Positions 36,447 through 46,169 are shown, numbered from the stretch's first letter. The stretch: 64,000 nucleotides of DNA from Acidobacteriota bacterium (GCA_014584695.1 JACTMI010000008.1:15333-79332), one strand, 5' to 3'. The notes: a model not told the origin generated them from the sequence alone. Numbers and translations are program-made.

Positions 36447-36720
36447 CCCCCCTCCCCCTCCCCCTCCCCCTCCCCCTCCCCTTCCCCTTCCCGTTCCCCT
36501 TCGCCTGCCCCTTCTCATTCCCCATTCCGCTCCTTTTCCCACCTTTCACCGCCCCCGCTACCGCGCAGCTCAACTCAGTCAACAACGCCCCCCCTCCCAC
36601 CCCTTCTATGGAAGCCTTTTCTTTTCTCTTCTTTTCTCTTCTCCGCTCTTCTCTTCTCTTCTCTTCTCTGCGCCTCTCCTGACTCTTCTTCCACCTCCTT
36701 CCCTTACTCTCTTCTCGCTC
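36447..36720. repeat. Polypyrimidine tract of about 275 nt beginning with (CCCCCT)5(CCCCTT)2; a G-rich quadruplex-capable complement on the minus strand
   Basis: The plus strand is >90% C/T from 36447 to ~36720. It also contains an inverted partial copy of the repeat core (cccttctatggaagc = reverse complement of gcttccatagaaggg) at about 36598-36680. Confidence 0.85.
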
Positions 36721-36936
36721 CGGACTCCTAGCGTCTGCCTCGTGGCTCTATTCCGCTGCAGCGGCAGGGGTGGGGGGTGTTCGGCGAGACCAGGCGCGAC
36801 TGCGGCGGGGGGGCGGGCGGGGTCGGAAGAAAGGGCTTTCGACCCCGCAGAGGGGCGGCTCGGCCCGGCGGGCAACTCCCGGGCGAGCGCGACGTAACTA
36901 CCCTGGCCATCCACTCCAGAAGGGAGCGATCCGAAC

Positions 36937-38121
36937 ATGAGGAAGAGGAAGAGGTCCAGGTCCGCCGCGACGTCGTCCGTATTTGCAACCGGTCTCCTGT
37001 TCGCGCTGGCCGTGGCGGTCGGCGCCGCGCCGCCGGCGGGGGCTCAAGCGGTGACACTGCCGCCGTCGGGAGACAACCAGAAGGCTTCGGTCACCCAGCA
37101 CCTCGGGCTGGTCGAGGTGACCGTCGACTACTCCAGCCCGGATGTGCACGCCCCGGACGGCACCGACCGGCGGGGAAAGATCTGGGGGCAGCTCGTCCCC
37201 TTCGGCTGGCACCAGGAGGCCTTCGGCACCTGCGGCCAGATGTGCCCCTGGCGCGCCGGAGCCAACGAGAACACCGTCGTCCGCTTCAGCCACGACGTCC
37301 AGGTCGAGGGCCAGCCGCTCGCGGCCGGCGCCTACGGTCTCCACATGGTGCCGGGCGAGAATGAGTGGATCGTCATCTTCTCGAACAACTCGTCCTCGTG
37401 GGGCCACTACTTCTACAGCGAGGCCGAGGACGCCCTGCGGGTCACCGTCAAGGCGGAGAAGGCTCCCTACCGGGAGTGGCTGACCTACGAGTTCACCGAC
37501 CGCCAGATGGACAAGGCGACCCTGGCGCTGGCCTGGGAGGAGCTGGTGGTGCCGATCCGGATCGCCGTTCCGAATGCGATCGACCTCTATGCCGCGAACC
37601 TCGGGCGCGAGCTCCGCAGCGCCCCCGGCTTCGACTGGCGCGGCTGGCAGCAATCGGCGCAGATGCTCGTCGACCGCAAGGTCCGCCCCGAGCTGGCCGA
37701 GCAGTGGGCCAGCAACGCCGTGTCGCTCCAGTTCATCGGCCAGGAAAACTGGCAGACGCTGCGCACCCTGGCGGCGGCGCAGCGCGCCAACGGCAAGGAC
37801 GCGGCGGCGGAGGCGACGATGGCGCGCGCGCTCGTCCACCCGACGGCCGGACCGGTCGACATCTACCAGTACGCCCGGCCACTGATCGCCCAGGGCCAGC
37901 CCGAAAGAGCGCTCGCGGTCTTCCAGAAGGTGGCCGAGCGCTTCCCGGGCGCCTGGCCGACCGACGTCGGAATCGCCCGCGCCTACTCGGCGCTCGGCCG
38001 CTATGCCGAAGCGATCCCGCACCTCGAAGCCGCGCTCGCGATCGCGCCGGACGATCTGAACCGGAGCAACATCGAGCGGATGCTCGGCCGGTTGAAGAAG
38101 GGCGAGGACATCAACAAGTGA
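36937..38121 (+). CDS. DUF2911 domain protein with C-terminal TPR region, secreted
   Basis: Signal peptide. The family signature is YSSPDVHAPDGTDRRGKIWGQLVPFG..WRAGANENTVVRFSHDVQVEGQPLAAGAYGL. RBS AGAAGGGAG. Confidence 0.7.
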   Translation: MRKRKRSRSAATSSVFATGLLFALAVAVGAAPPAGAQAVTLPPSGDNQKASVTQHLGLVEVTVDYSSPDVHAPDGTDRRGKIWGQLVPFGWHQEAFGTCGQMCPWRAGANENTVVRFSHDVQVEGQPLAAGAYGLHMVPGENEWIVIFSNNSSSWGHYFYSEAEDALRVTVKAEKAPYREWLTYEFTDRQMDKATLALAWEELVVPIRIAVPNAIDLYAANLGRELRSAPGFDWRGWQQSAQMLVDRKVRPELAEQWASNAVSLQFIGQENWQTLRTLAAAQRANGKDAAAEATMARALVHPTAGPVDIYQYARPLIAQGQPERALAVFQKVAERFPGAWPTDVGIARAYSALGRYAEAIPHLEAALAIAPDDLNRSNIERMLGRLKKGEDINK

Positions 38122-38155
38122 CCGGGCGCGCCGGCCGCGAGGCCGGCGCCCTCCC

Positions 38156-40567
38156 TCATTCGACGACGACGCGCACCGCCCTCGAGCGGGCGCTGCTCCA
38201 GGGCACCCGCGCCTGGATGCGGTGCTCCCCCGGTACCAGCGGCCAGCGCGCCTCGTAGGGTGCCTCGACGGTCGCGAAGGGGACGCCGTCGACATACCAG
38301 ACCAGCTGCGGCACCGGCGGCTCGACCACCGCCGAGAGGCGTAGCGTGTTGCGCGGGGGCGGTGTTTCCGGGTCGAACAGCAGGCGGACGCCGGGCTCCG
38401 GCGAGACGATCTCGACCCGAGGCTCGAGCGCCGCCAAAGTTCCACCGCCCGGCTCGCGCTGGGTGCCCGCGAGCGCCGCTGGCAGGCTGGCGACGCTCTG
38501 CCGGGCCAGCCAAGCGGCGTAGCGGGGCGGCAGCTCGACATGGACCCGGCCCTCGAGCTCGCGCGCCGGCGTCGCCGCCGTGGCGGGCGCGCCGGTCCGC
38601 CGGTCGACCGCCAGCCGGAAGTGCGCCGCGCAGTCGCCGAGCGGCGCCTCGGCCGGCAGCCACTCGAGCACCACCCGGTCACACGCTGGCGTCGCCCGCC
38701 CCCCCGTGAGCGGGCAGAGCCGCTCTGGCCGGAAGCCCGTGGGCGGCGGGAAGGGCGTCGCCGCCAGCCCGTCGAGCTGGTCGCGGTGGAGGTGCTCGAT
38801 CAGGCCGCGCGCCAGGCGGGCCGCGACCCGGTAGCCGGACAGCTGCGTCATCGGCCGCTCGTCCGGATGACCGACCCAGGCCGCGACCAGGTAGCGGTCG
38901 GTCCAGGCGACCGTCCAGGCGTCGCGGTACCGCGAAGAGGTCCCGGTCTTGACCGCGACCGCGAACGGATACTCGGTGAAGCCGAGTCGTGGAAAGGTCG
39001 GCATACGCGCCTGGGGATCCGCCAGGAAGAGCGTCACCAGCCGTGCCGTCGCCGGTGAGACGAAGGGCGGCCCCGGCGCCGCCGTCTCGCCCTCGAGCCA
39101 GACCAGCGAGCGCGGGCGGCCGTCCCCCGCGAGCGCGGTGTAGGCGCCGGCCAGCCGCTCGAGCGTCACCGGCAGCGCGCCGATCGCGAGCCCCAGGCCG
39201 TAGCGCGCCGAGGGCCGTTCGTGCGCGTGCAGGCCGAGGTCGGCGAGCGCGGCGTAGAACGGCTCGAGGCCGACCCGCGCCGCCAGCGTGACCGCCGGCA
39301 CGTTGCGCGAGTTGGCGAGCGCTGCCCGCGGCAGCAGCGGGCCGAGAAAGCGGTCATCGGCATTCAGGATCCCGCCCGGCCCCGGCCCGAGGTCGTCGAG
39401 GATCGTCGCCGGGCCGATCACCCCGCGCTCGAGCGCCTGCGCGAACAGCAGCGGCTTGAGCGTCGAACCCGAGGAGCGCGGCAGGCGGAGGTAGTCGATC
39501 GCCCCGGCTCGCTCGCGGTCGAAGTAGCCGGTCGAGCCGACCGCCGCGAGCACCCGCCAGCTGCCGCGCTCGACCACGATCGCGGCCGCGTTGCCGGCGC
39601 CCCGGTCGCTCGCCTCCGCGACCGCCTGCCGGGCCGCGTCCTCGGAAAACTCCTGCAGGTCGAGGTCGAGCGTGGTGGTCAACAGATAGCTGCCCGGCCC
39701 CACCGCGTCGGCCAGTCGCCCGCGCAGCGCCAGCAGCGGGTGGAGCGCCGCCTCCGGCCGCGCCGCCCGCCAGGGGAGGCGGAGCTGCGCGATCTCCTCG
39801 CGGGCGGCGGCGAGCTCGAGCGAGGAGATCTCTCCCCGTTCGGCCAGCCGCTCGAGAATCCGGCGCCCTCGCGCGATCGCCCGCGCCCGACCGCGCGGAT
39901 CGTGAGGGTCCATCCGCGCCGGCGACTGCGGAATCGCCGCCAGAAAGGCGATCTCGGCCCACGACAGGTCCTCGACCGGTTTGTCGAGGTAGCGGCGCGC
40001 CGCGTAGCCGATGCCGTGGATCCGGTGGCCATAGGGGACGATCCGCAGGTAGTGGCGCAGCACCCCCTCCCGCCCGTGCCGCAGCGTCATCGCGACGGCG
40101 GTCGCCGCCTCGAGCAGCTTGCGCCCGTAGCCGCGCACCGCCGGCCGCTCGAGCCGCGCCACCTGCATCGCCAGGGTCGAGGCACCGGAGACCCGCCGAC
40201 CGCCGGCCGAGTTCTGCCGCAACGCGCGCAGGATCGCGAGCGGATCGACTCCGGGGTGGTGGACGAAGCGGCGGTCCTCGATCGCGATCGTCGCCGCCGC
40301 GACCCGCGCGGGGACCGCGGCGAGCGGCCAGTAGCCGAGCCGGTCCTCCCCCGGCGCCGGCAGCTCGCCGAGGAAGCGTCCGGCGCGATCCCGCACCAGC
40401 AGGGTCGGCTCCGGCGGGTCGAAGCCCGAGCGGGCCAGCGCCAGCGCGGCGAGCAGGGCGACGCCGAGGCCGGCGAGCGCGGCCAGACCGCGGGCGATCC
40501 AGCGGCCTCGCCGGGCGCCACGAAACCGGGCGACCGCCGCGCGGATGCTCCACGCGATGCCTCTCAT
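38156..40567 (-). CDS. pbpC: Penicillin-binding protein 1C (bifunctional glycosyltransferase/transpeptidase)
   Basis: 803 aa. GT51 motifs GASTLAMQVAR and RRYLDKPVEDLSWAEIAFLAAIPQSP. Transpeptidase SxxK SSGSTLKP, SRN ANSRNVP, KTG AVKTGTS. C-terminal PBP1C-type domain. Confidence 0.85.
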   Translation of the reverse strand: MRGIAWSIRAAVARFRGARRGRWIARGLAALAGLGVALLAALALARSGFDPPEPTLLVRDRAGRFLGELPAPGEDRLGYWPLAAVPARVAAATIAIEDRRFVHHPGVDPLAILRALRQNSAGGRRVSGASTLAMQVARLERPAVRGYGRKLLEAATAVAMTLRHGREGVLRHYLRIVPYGHRIHGIGYAARRYLDKPVEDLSWAEIAFLAAIPQSPARMDPHDPRGRARAIARGRRILERLAERGEISSLELAAAREEIAQLRLPWRAARPEAALHPLLALRGRLADAVGPGSYLLTTTLDLDLQEFSEDAARQAVAEASDRGAGNAAAIVVERGSWRVLAAVGSTGYFDRERAGAIDYLRLPRSSGSTLKPLLFAQALERGVIGPATILDDLGPGPGGILNADDRFLGPLLPRAALANSRNVPAVTLAARVGLEPFYAALADLGLHAHERPSARYGLGLAIGALPVTLERLAGAYTALAGDGRPRSLVWLEGETAAPGPPFVSPATARLVTLFLADPQARMPTFPRLGFTEYPFAVAVKTGTSSRYRDAWTVAWTDRYLVAAWVGHPDERPMTQLSGYRVAARLARGLIEHLHRDQLDGLAATPFPPPTGFRPERLCPLTGGRATPACDRVVLEWLPAEAPLGDCAAHFRLAVDRRTGAPATAATPARELEGRVHVELPPRYAAWLARQSVASLPAALAGTQREPGGGTLAALEPRVEIVSPEPGVRLLFDPETPPPRNTLRLSAVVEPPVPQLVWYVDGVPFATVEAPYEARWPLVPGEHRIQARVPWSSARSRAVRVVVE

Positions 40568-40663
40568 CCACGAGATCCTATGGATGGTGGCCCGCCGCAG
40601 CTACCCCGCGGGACGGTGCGGAGCCTCGCCGCCGGCGCCAGACTGCGGCTCAGGAGCGTGCCC

Positions 40664-41092
40664 ATGTCCCGGATTCCGACCATGAAGTCCGTGATGACCC
40701 CCTTCCCCTATTCGATCGGACCGGACGACGATCTGGCCGAGGCCCGGCGGCGGATGACCGAGGCGGGGATCCGGCACCTGCCGGTGCTCGCCGCGGGCGA
40801 GCCCGTGGGGGTGGTCACCCAGCGCGACGTCGAGCGGGTCGAGTCGATCCAGGCCGCGACCGGGCGAGCGGCGCCGGCGGTGCGCGAGATCTGCCGCTAC
40901 CCCGCCTACGTGGTACCGATCGACGAGCCGCTGGACAACGTGCTGCTCCACATGGCCAAGGAGCGGATCGGCTCCGCCCTGGTCGGGCGCGGCGACCGCA
41001 TCGTCGGCATCTTCACCACCACCGACGCCTGCCGCCAGTTCGCGGAGTGCCTGCGCCGGGACGAGCCCGGCTCCGGCGACGACGCCGCCTGA
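40664..41092 (+). CDS. CBS-domain pair protein
   Basis: 142 aa; two CBS motifs (HLPVLAAGEPVGVVTQRDV; IGSALVGRGDRIVGIFTTTD). RBS CAGGAG. Confidence 0.75.
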   Translation: MSRIPTMKSVMTPFPYSIGPDDDLAEARRRMTEAGIRHLPVLAAGEPVGVVTQRDVERVESIQAATGRAAPAVREICRYPAYVVPIDEPLDNVLLHMAKERIGSALVGRGDRIVGIFTTTDACRQFAECLRRDEPGSGDDAA

Positions 41093-41113
41093 GCAGCGCC
41101 GCGCCCGGCGAAA

Positions 41114-42988
41114 TCAGTAGTCGGTGAGCGCGCGTGGCTGCCACGCGGCGCGCAACGCGTTCATCACCGCCAACACGTCGATCGCCTCTTGCGCCAGGGC
41201 GCCGGCCACCGGGGTCAGCCAGCCGAGCGCGGCGAAACCCATGCCCACGATCGAGAGGGCCATCCCGCCGACCGCGCTCTGGAGCGCGATGGCGCGCATG
41301 CGGACGCCGACGTGGAGCAGCTCGTCGGCGCGCTGCAGCGAGCTGTCGAGCACCACCGCGCCGGCCGCCTCCGAGGTGACGTCGCTGTTCTGGCCGAAAG
41401 CGACCCCGACGGTCGCCGCGGCGAGAGCTGGCGCGTCGTTGATGCCATCGCCGACGAACAGCGTCGGCGCGCGGGCGGTCTCGGCCCGGACCAGGGCGAG
41501 CTTCTGCTCCGGCGACTGCGAGAAGTGGATCTCCTCGATGCCGACCGCGCCGGCCAGGTGGCGCACTTCGGACTCGCGATCGCCCGAGACCAGCAGCACC
41601 CTTTCGAAGCGGTGGCGCGGCTTCAGGTGACGGACGAAGCTCGCCCCCTCGTGGCGTGGGCGGTCGCGGAAGCGCAGCAACGCCGCCACCGCGCCGTCGA
41701 TGGCGATCACCGCCTCGAGCCCCCCCTCCGCCGGCGGCAGCGCCTCCGCCGCCGTGATCCCGGCCGCGCGCGCGCGGCTCGTCACCTCGACTCGCCGCCC
41801 GGCGACCTCGCCCTTCAGGCCCTCGCCGGGTCGCTCCGCGATGGCCGTCGCCTCGTGGATGGCGACCGATCGCCGCTCGGCCGCCGCCAGCACCGCGCCC
41901 GCCAGGGGGTGGCGCGAGTAGCGCTCGAGGCTCGCCACCAGCGCCAGCACCTCGTCCGGATCGTGGCCGCCCAGGGCCACCGTCGCGACCAGCTCCGGTT
42001 CGCCGTAGGTCAACGTCCCGGTCTTGTCGAAGATCGCCACCCGGCAGGTGCCGATCCGCTCCAGCACCACCGGATCGCGGATGATGATGCCGCGGCGCGC
42101 GGCGAGCGAGATCGAGCCGATGATCGCCACCGGGATCCCGATCAGCAGCGGACAGGGCGTGGCGACCACCAGCACCGCCAGGAAACGGACCGGCTCGCCG
42201 CTCGCCGCCCAGGCGGCGAGCGCCAAACCGACCGCGATCGGCGTGTAGACGGCGCCCAGCTGGTCGCCCAAGCGCCGCAGCCGCGGCCGGCGCTGCTCGG
42301 AATCGCGCATCACCGCCAGGATCTTGGCGTAGCGTGAGTCGACCGCCCGCGCCGTGGCGCGAACCGTGAGCGCGCTCTCACCGTTGACGGCGCCCGAGAG
42401 GACGGTCGAGCCTGGGGTCTTCGAGATCCGGTAGGGCTCGCCCGTGAGGTAGGACTCGTCCATGACGCCGTGGCCCTCCTCGACCACGCCGTCGACCGGG
42501 CAGAGCTCGTGGGGAAAGACCACCGCCAGATCGCCGACCGCGAGCTCCTCGACCGCGACGTCGACCACCCGGCCGTCGACCCGCCGGTGCGCCACCGAAG
42601 GCATCCGCTTCGCCAGCGCTTCGAGCACCGAGGAGGCGCTGCGCACCGCGTAGCTCTCCAGCGTCTGCCCGCCAGAGAGCATGAGGACGACCAACGCGCC
42701 GGCCAGGTACTCGCCGAGGACGACCGCGGTGACGATCGAGATGCCGGCCAGCAGATCCGACCCGAACTCGCGCCGGAGCGCCTGGCGAAGGAGCGTCGCG
42801 ACCAGCGGCAGGCCGCCCAGCAGCAGGATCGCGAGCAGGGGCACTTCGGCCGCCGGCCACGGCCCCAGCCGGCCGGCCGCCTCGAAGCCGAAGCGGAGGA
42901 TCAGGTGGAGCCCGATCGCGAGCAGGGCGCCCGCGGCGATCCACGCCTCGCGCGTCGCCCACCAGCGGTTCGGTCTCGGCGTCTCCAA
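41114..42988 (-). CDS. Heavy-metal-translocating P1B-type ATPase (no N-terminal HMA domain)
   Basis: 624 aa. DKTGTLT phosphorylation site, TGEP, VATPCPL transmembrane metal-binding motif, [10 protein letters not shown]. Probable TTG start. Confidence 0.85.
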   Translation of the reverse strand: METPRPNRWWATREAWIAAGALLAIGLHLILRFGFEAAGRLGPWPAAEVPLLAILLLGGLPLVATLLRQALRREFGSDLLAGISIVTAVVLGEYLAGALVVLMLSGGQTLESYAVRSASSVLEALAKRMPSVAHRRVDGRVVDVAVEELAVGDLAVVFPHELCPVDGVVEEGHGVMDESYLTGEPYRISKTPGSTVLSGAVNGESALTVRATARAVDSRYAKILAVMRDSEQRRPRLRRLGDQLGAVYTPIAVGLALAAWAASGEPVRFLAVLVVATPCPLLIGIPVAIIGSISLAARRGIIIRDPVVLERIGTCRVAIFDKTGTLTYGEPELVATVALGGHDPDEVLALVASLERYSRHPLAGAVLAAAERRSVAIHEATAIAERPGEGLKGEVAGRRVEVTSRARAAGITAAEALPPAEGGLEAVIAIDGAVAALLRFRDRPRHEGASFVRHLKPRHRFERVLLVSGDRESEVRHLAGAVGIEEIHFSQSPEQKLALVRAETARAPTLFVGDGINDAPALAAATVGVAFGQNSDVTSEAAGAVVLDSSLQRADELLHVGVRMRAIALQSAVGGMALSIVGMGFAALGWLTPVAGALAQEAIDVLAVMNALRAAWQPRALTDY

Positions 42989-43124
42989 GACGGCACCTCG
43001 CCCTTGTTGTCGCAGAGGCTACGATGGCACCGGGTCGCGGCCAGCCACCCCGCCGGGCGGCCGCCGGCCGATGGTAACCTGCTCGCGGACTCCAGCAGTT
43101 CCCGCACGAGGGAGCGAGGCGAGA

Positions 43125-43904
43125 TTGCAATACCGGGTCGGCATCGTGTTGTCGGGCGGCGGTAGCCGCGGGATCGCCCACATCGGCGTGCTGGCGGCGC
43201 TCGCGGAGCGGGGCATCGCGCCGGAATGTGTCTCCGGCACCAGTGCCGGCGCGATCGTCGGCGCGCTCTACGGGGGCGGGCTCACGCCCGACCAGATGCT
43301 CGACTTCTTCGCCGAGAAGAGCCCGTTCCGTTTCTCCAAGCTCGCCTTCGGCAAGCCCGGCGTCTTCGACACCGAGAAGATCGTCCCCGACTTCCTGGCG
43401 ACCTTCCCTGACGACTCGTTCGAAGCCCTCGGCCGCCGCCTGTTCGTCGCCGCGACCGACCTGGTGCGCGCCCGGCTCGAGATCTTCGCCTCCGGGCCCC
43501 TGGTCCGGCCCGTGATCGCCTCGTCGTCGGTGCCGGCGCTGTTTTCGCCGACGCTCGTCGACGGCCGCCCCTTCGCCGACGGCGGCATCATCGACAACTT
43601 TCCGGTCAACCCCCTGCTCGGCCTCTGCGACGTCATCCTCGGCGTCTACGCCAGCCCCATCTCCCCCGTGGCCCGTGAAGACCTCTCGAGCTCGCTCGCC
43701 ATCTCCCAACGGGCCTACGAGATCGGCGTCTATTACGCGTCGCGGCGCAACTTCCACCACTGCGACCTGGTCCTCCGCCTCGAAGGCCTGCGCCAGTTCG
43801 GCCTCTTCGACGTCAAGAAGCGCCAGGAGATCTTCGACCTCGGCTATCGCGCCACGCAGGCGCGCATGGAGGAGATCCTGCGCGTGGTCGATCCCGTCCG
43901 CTGA
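43125..43904 (+). CDS. Patatin-like phospholipase
   Basis: Oxyanion GGGSRG and nucleophile elbow GTSAG, plus catalytic DGG (FADGGIIDN). TTG start after GGGAGCGAGG; the start position is uncertain. Confidence 0.75.
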   Translation: MQYRVGIVLSGGGSRGIAHIGVLAALAERGIAPECVSGTSAGAIVGALYGGGLTPDQMLDFFAEKSPFRFSKLAFGKPGVFDTEKIVPDFLATFPDDSFEALGRRLFVAATDLVRARLEIFASGPLVRPVIASSSVPALFSPTLVDGRPFADGGIIDNFPVNPLLGLCDVILGVYASPISPVAREDLSSSLAISQRAYEIGVYYASRRNFHHCDLVLRLEGLRQFGLFDVKKRQEIFDLGYRATQARMEEILRVVDPVR

Positions 43905-44100
43905 GCCCTGGGTCGGTCCACCCCCCCCCGACCGGGACCGCGCGCCGCGAGCTGTCACTCTCGCGCGTTGGTTGACGTACTATCCGTCGTAGGAACGAAT
44001 CCAACAGCGGGCAGCGAGCAGGCCGAAGCTCGGCTCCCGGCGCGTGGCCGGGAACGAGCGGGATCTGCCCCCCGCTCGGCTCGTTCGAGGGGGACTCGCC

Positions 44101-44364
44101 ATGGGCACACTGGGGACCATTCTGACCGTAGTCGCCAGCATCGGCATGTTGATCTTCGGCATCCAGATCCTGATCCACGCCTTCAAGACCAGCATCGGCT
44201 GGGGACTCGCCAGCCTCCTCATCCCCTTCGTCATCTTCGTCTATGTGGCGAAGAACTGGGAGGGGACGAAGACGCCGTTCCTGCGCTGGCTGGCCTGCTT
44301 GCCGGTGATGGTGATCGGCTGGGCGCTCAGCTTCTGGGGTGCCTTCTCGGCCGCGGGCGGCTGA
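44101..44364 (+). CDS. Small membrane protein (2-3 TM helices, about 87 aa)
   Basis: MGTLGTILTVVASIGMLIFGIQILIHAFKTSIGWGLASLLIPFVIFVYVAKNW.... The internal ATG at 44101 is preferred over the GTG at 44044. Confidence 0.5.
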   Translation: MGTLGTILTVVASIGMLIFGIQILIHAFKTSIGWGLASLLIPFVIFVYVAKNWEGTKTPFLRWLACLPVMVIGWALSFWGAFSAAGG

Positions 44365-44435
44365 GCACGGGCTCGAGGACGGTCTCGACGTCGCCGGCGT
44401 GCGGCCGAGCACTTCGCCGCACGCCGGCATCCGTC

Positions 44436-44499
44436 TTGACGCGCTGCGTCGTACCCTATAGGTCAGTTGGTTGACGTAAGCGTCAAGTGGCGCTAGGGT
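44436..44499 (+). promoter_or_regulatory. merR-family promoter/operator: TTGACG-N17-TAGGGT with the perfect palindrome TTGACGtaagCGTCAA (44471-44486) plus an upstream imperfect half-site copy (44436-44452)
   Basis: The palindrome overlaps the -35 and spacer, 40 nt upstream of the MerR ATG. A related 13-mer gttggttgacgta also occurs at 43966-43978. Confidence 0.5.
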
Positions 44500-44527
44500 C
44501 GGTTGCCGGAGGGGATGCCGACCCGCG

Positions 44528-44953
44528 ATGGCCCACCACGCCGATCCCGACCGGCTGTTCAGCATCACCGAGCTCTCCCAGGAGCTCGGCGTCACCCCCC
44601 GCGCCATCCGCTTCTACGAAGTCAAGGGGCTGCTCGATCCCAAGCGGGCCGGCTCCACCCGCGTCTACACCCACCGGGACCGCGGCCGCCTGCAGATCAT
44701 CTTGCGCGGCAAGCGGCTCGGCTTCTCGCTCGCCCTGATCCAGAAGTACCTCGACCTCTACGACGCCGACCCGACCCGCAAGGCGCAGCTGCCCCACTTG
44801 CTCGCCGGCGCCCGGCAGCGGATCGCGGAGCTCGAAGCCCAACGCGCCGACCTCGAGCTCACCCTCGAGGAGCTGCGCGAGATCGAACAGATGACGCTCG
44901 AGGCGATGCGCCGGCTGGGCGTGCGCGAGCCGACGCGCGGCAGCGGCCCCTGA
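44528..44953 (+). CDS. MerR-family transcriptional regulator (LiuR-like; predicted regulator of the downstream fatty-acid/branched-chain acyl-CoA degradation operon)
   Basis: N-terminal HTH FSITELSQELGVTPRAIRFYEVKGLL and a C-terminal coiled-coil. Located immediately upstream of the thiolase / HAD-ECH / ACAD genes. Confidence 0.75.
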   Translation: MAHHADPDRLFSITELSQELGVTPRAIRFYEVKGLLDPKRAGSTRVYTHRDRGRLQIILRGKRLGFSLALIQKYLDLYDADPTRKAQLPHLLAGARQRIAELEAQRADLELTLEELREIEQMTLEAMRRLGVREPTRGSGP

Positions 44954-45030
44954 GGCGCTGGCGGCGACGGGCGACCGGACCAGCGCGGGGGCCGTGACGC
45001 CGCCGCACCCACGATGGAGGTGGAGACACC

Positions 45031-46167
45031 ATGAAGAACGTCGTCATCGCCGGCTACGTCCGGTCCCCGTTCACTCCCGCCAAGAAGGGCGAGCTGACCA
45101 AGGTCCGCCCCGACGACCTCGCCGCGCAGACCGTGCGCGCGCTGATCGAGCGCACCGGCGTCGCCGCCGAGGACATCGAGGACCTGCTTCTCGGCTGCGC
45201 CTTCCCCGAAGGGGAGCAGGGCTTCAACGTCGCCCGGCTGACCGCTTTCCTCGCCGGCCTGCCGGTCGGCGTCGCGGGCGCCACGATCAATCGCTTCTGC
45301 GGCTCCTCGATGCAGGCCATTCACACCGCCGCGGGAGCGATCCAGATGAACGCCGGCGAGGTCTTCGTCTGCGCCGGCGTGGAGTCGATGACCCGGGTGC
45401 CCATGGGCGGCTTCAACCCGCTGCCCAACCCGGCGCTCATGGCGAGCTACCCGCAGGCCTTCGCCGCGATGGGCGAGACCGCCGAGAATCTGGCCCGCAA
45501 GTACGGCATCTCGCGCGCCCGCCAGGAACAGTTCGCGCTCGAGTCGCAACAGAAGACCGCCGCCGCGATCGCCGCCGGTCGCCTCGACGGCGAGATCGCG
45601 CCGATCGTCTGGAAAGGGGGCACGGTCACCCGGGACGGCTGCCCACGCCCCGACACCACTCTCGAGGGCCTGGCCAACTTGAAGCTCGCCTTCGACGACA
45701 CCGGCACCGTCACCGCTGGCACCTCCTCGCCGGTCACCGACGGCGCCGCGGCGACCCTGGTCTGCTCCGAGGCTTACGCCGAGCGCAAGGGGCTCGTGCC
45801 GCTGGCGCGCATCCGCAGCTTGGCCGTCAGCGCTTGCCAACCCGAGATCATGGGCATCGGCCCGGTCGCCTCGACGCGCAAGGCGCTCGACCGCGCCGGG
45901 CTCACGCTCGACCAGATCGACCTGATCGAGCTCAACGAGGCGTTCGCCGCCCAGTCGCTCGCCTGCATCGACGAGCTGGGGCTCGACCCGGCCAAGGTCA
46001 ACCTCGACGGCGGCGCCATCGCGCTCGGCCACCCGCTGGGCGCCACCGGCGCCCGGATCACCGGCAAGGCGGCCCAGCTGCTCGCCCGCGAGGGCAAGCG
46101 CTACGCCCTCGCCACGCAGTGCATCGGCGGCGGGCAGGGCATCGCGACGATTCTCGAGGCGGTCTGA
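45031..46167 (+). CDS. Acetyl-CoA C-acyltransferase (3-ketoacyl-CoA thiolase)
   Basis: 378 aa. Active-site Cys motif INRFCGSSMQAIH; C-terminal GHPLGATGAR and CIGGGQG thiolase signatures. RBS GGAGGTGGAG. Confidence 0.9.
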   Translation: MKNVVIAGYVRSPFTPAKKGELTKVRPDDLAAQTVRALIERTGVAAEDIEDLLLGCAFPEGEQGFNVARLTAFLAGLPVGVAGATINRFCGSSMQAIHTAAGAIQMNAGEVFVCAGVESMTRVPMGGFNPLPNPALMASYPQAFAAMGETAENLARKYGISRARQEQFALESQQKTAAAIAAGRLDGEIAPIVWKGGTVTRDGCPRPDTTLEGLANLKLAFDDTGTVTAGTSSPVTDGAAATLVCSEAYAERKGLVPLARIRSLAVSACQPEIMGIGPVASTRKALDRAGLTLDQIDLIELNEAFAAQSLACIDELGLDPAKVNLDGGAIALGHPLGATGARITGKAAQLLAREGKRYALATQCIGGGQGIATILEAV

Positions 46168-46169
46168 AC

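Noticed and set aside
44044-44100. N-terminal 19-aa extension of the small membrane protein (GTG start at 44044)
   Set aside because: The extension is charged and non-hydrophobic with no RBS. The internal ATG at 44101 directly precedes the first TM helix. Kept as an alternative only.
43813-44607. 264-aa minus-strand ORF overlapping patatin end, membrane-protein gene and merR promoter
   Set aside because: It is antisense to two well-supported genes and to the palindromic operator, and the product is low-complexity (R/P/A-rich).
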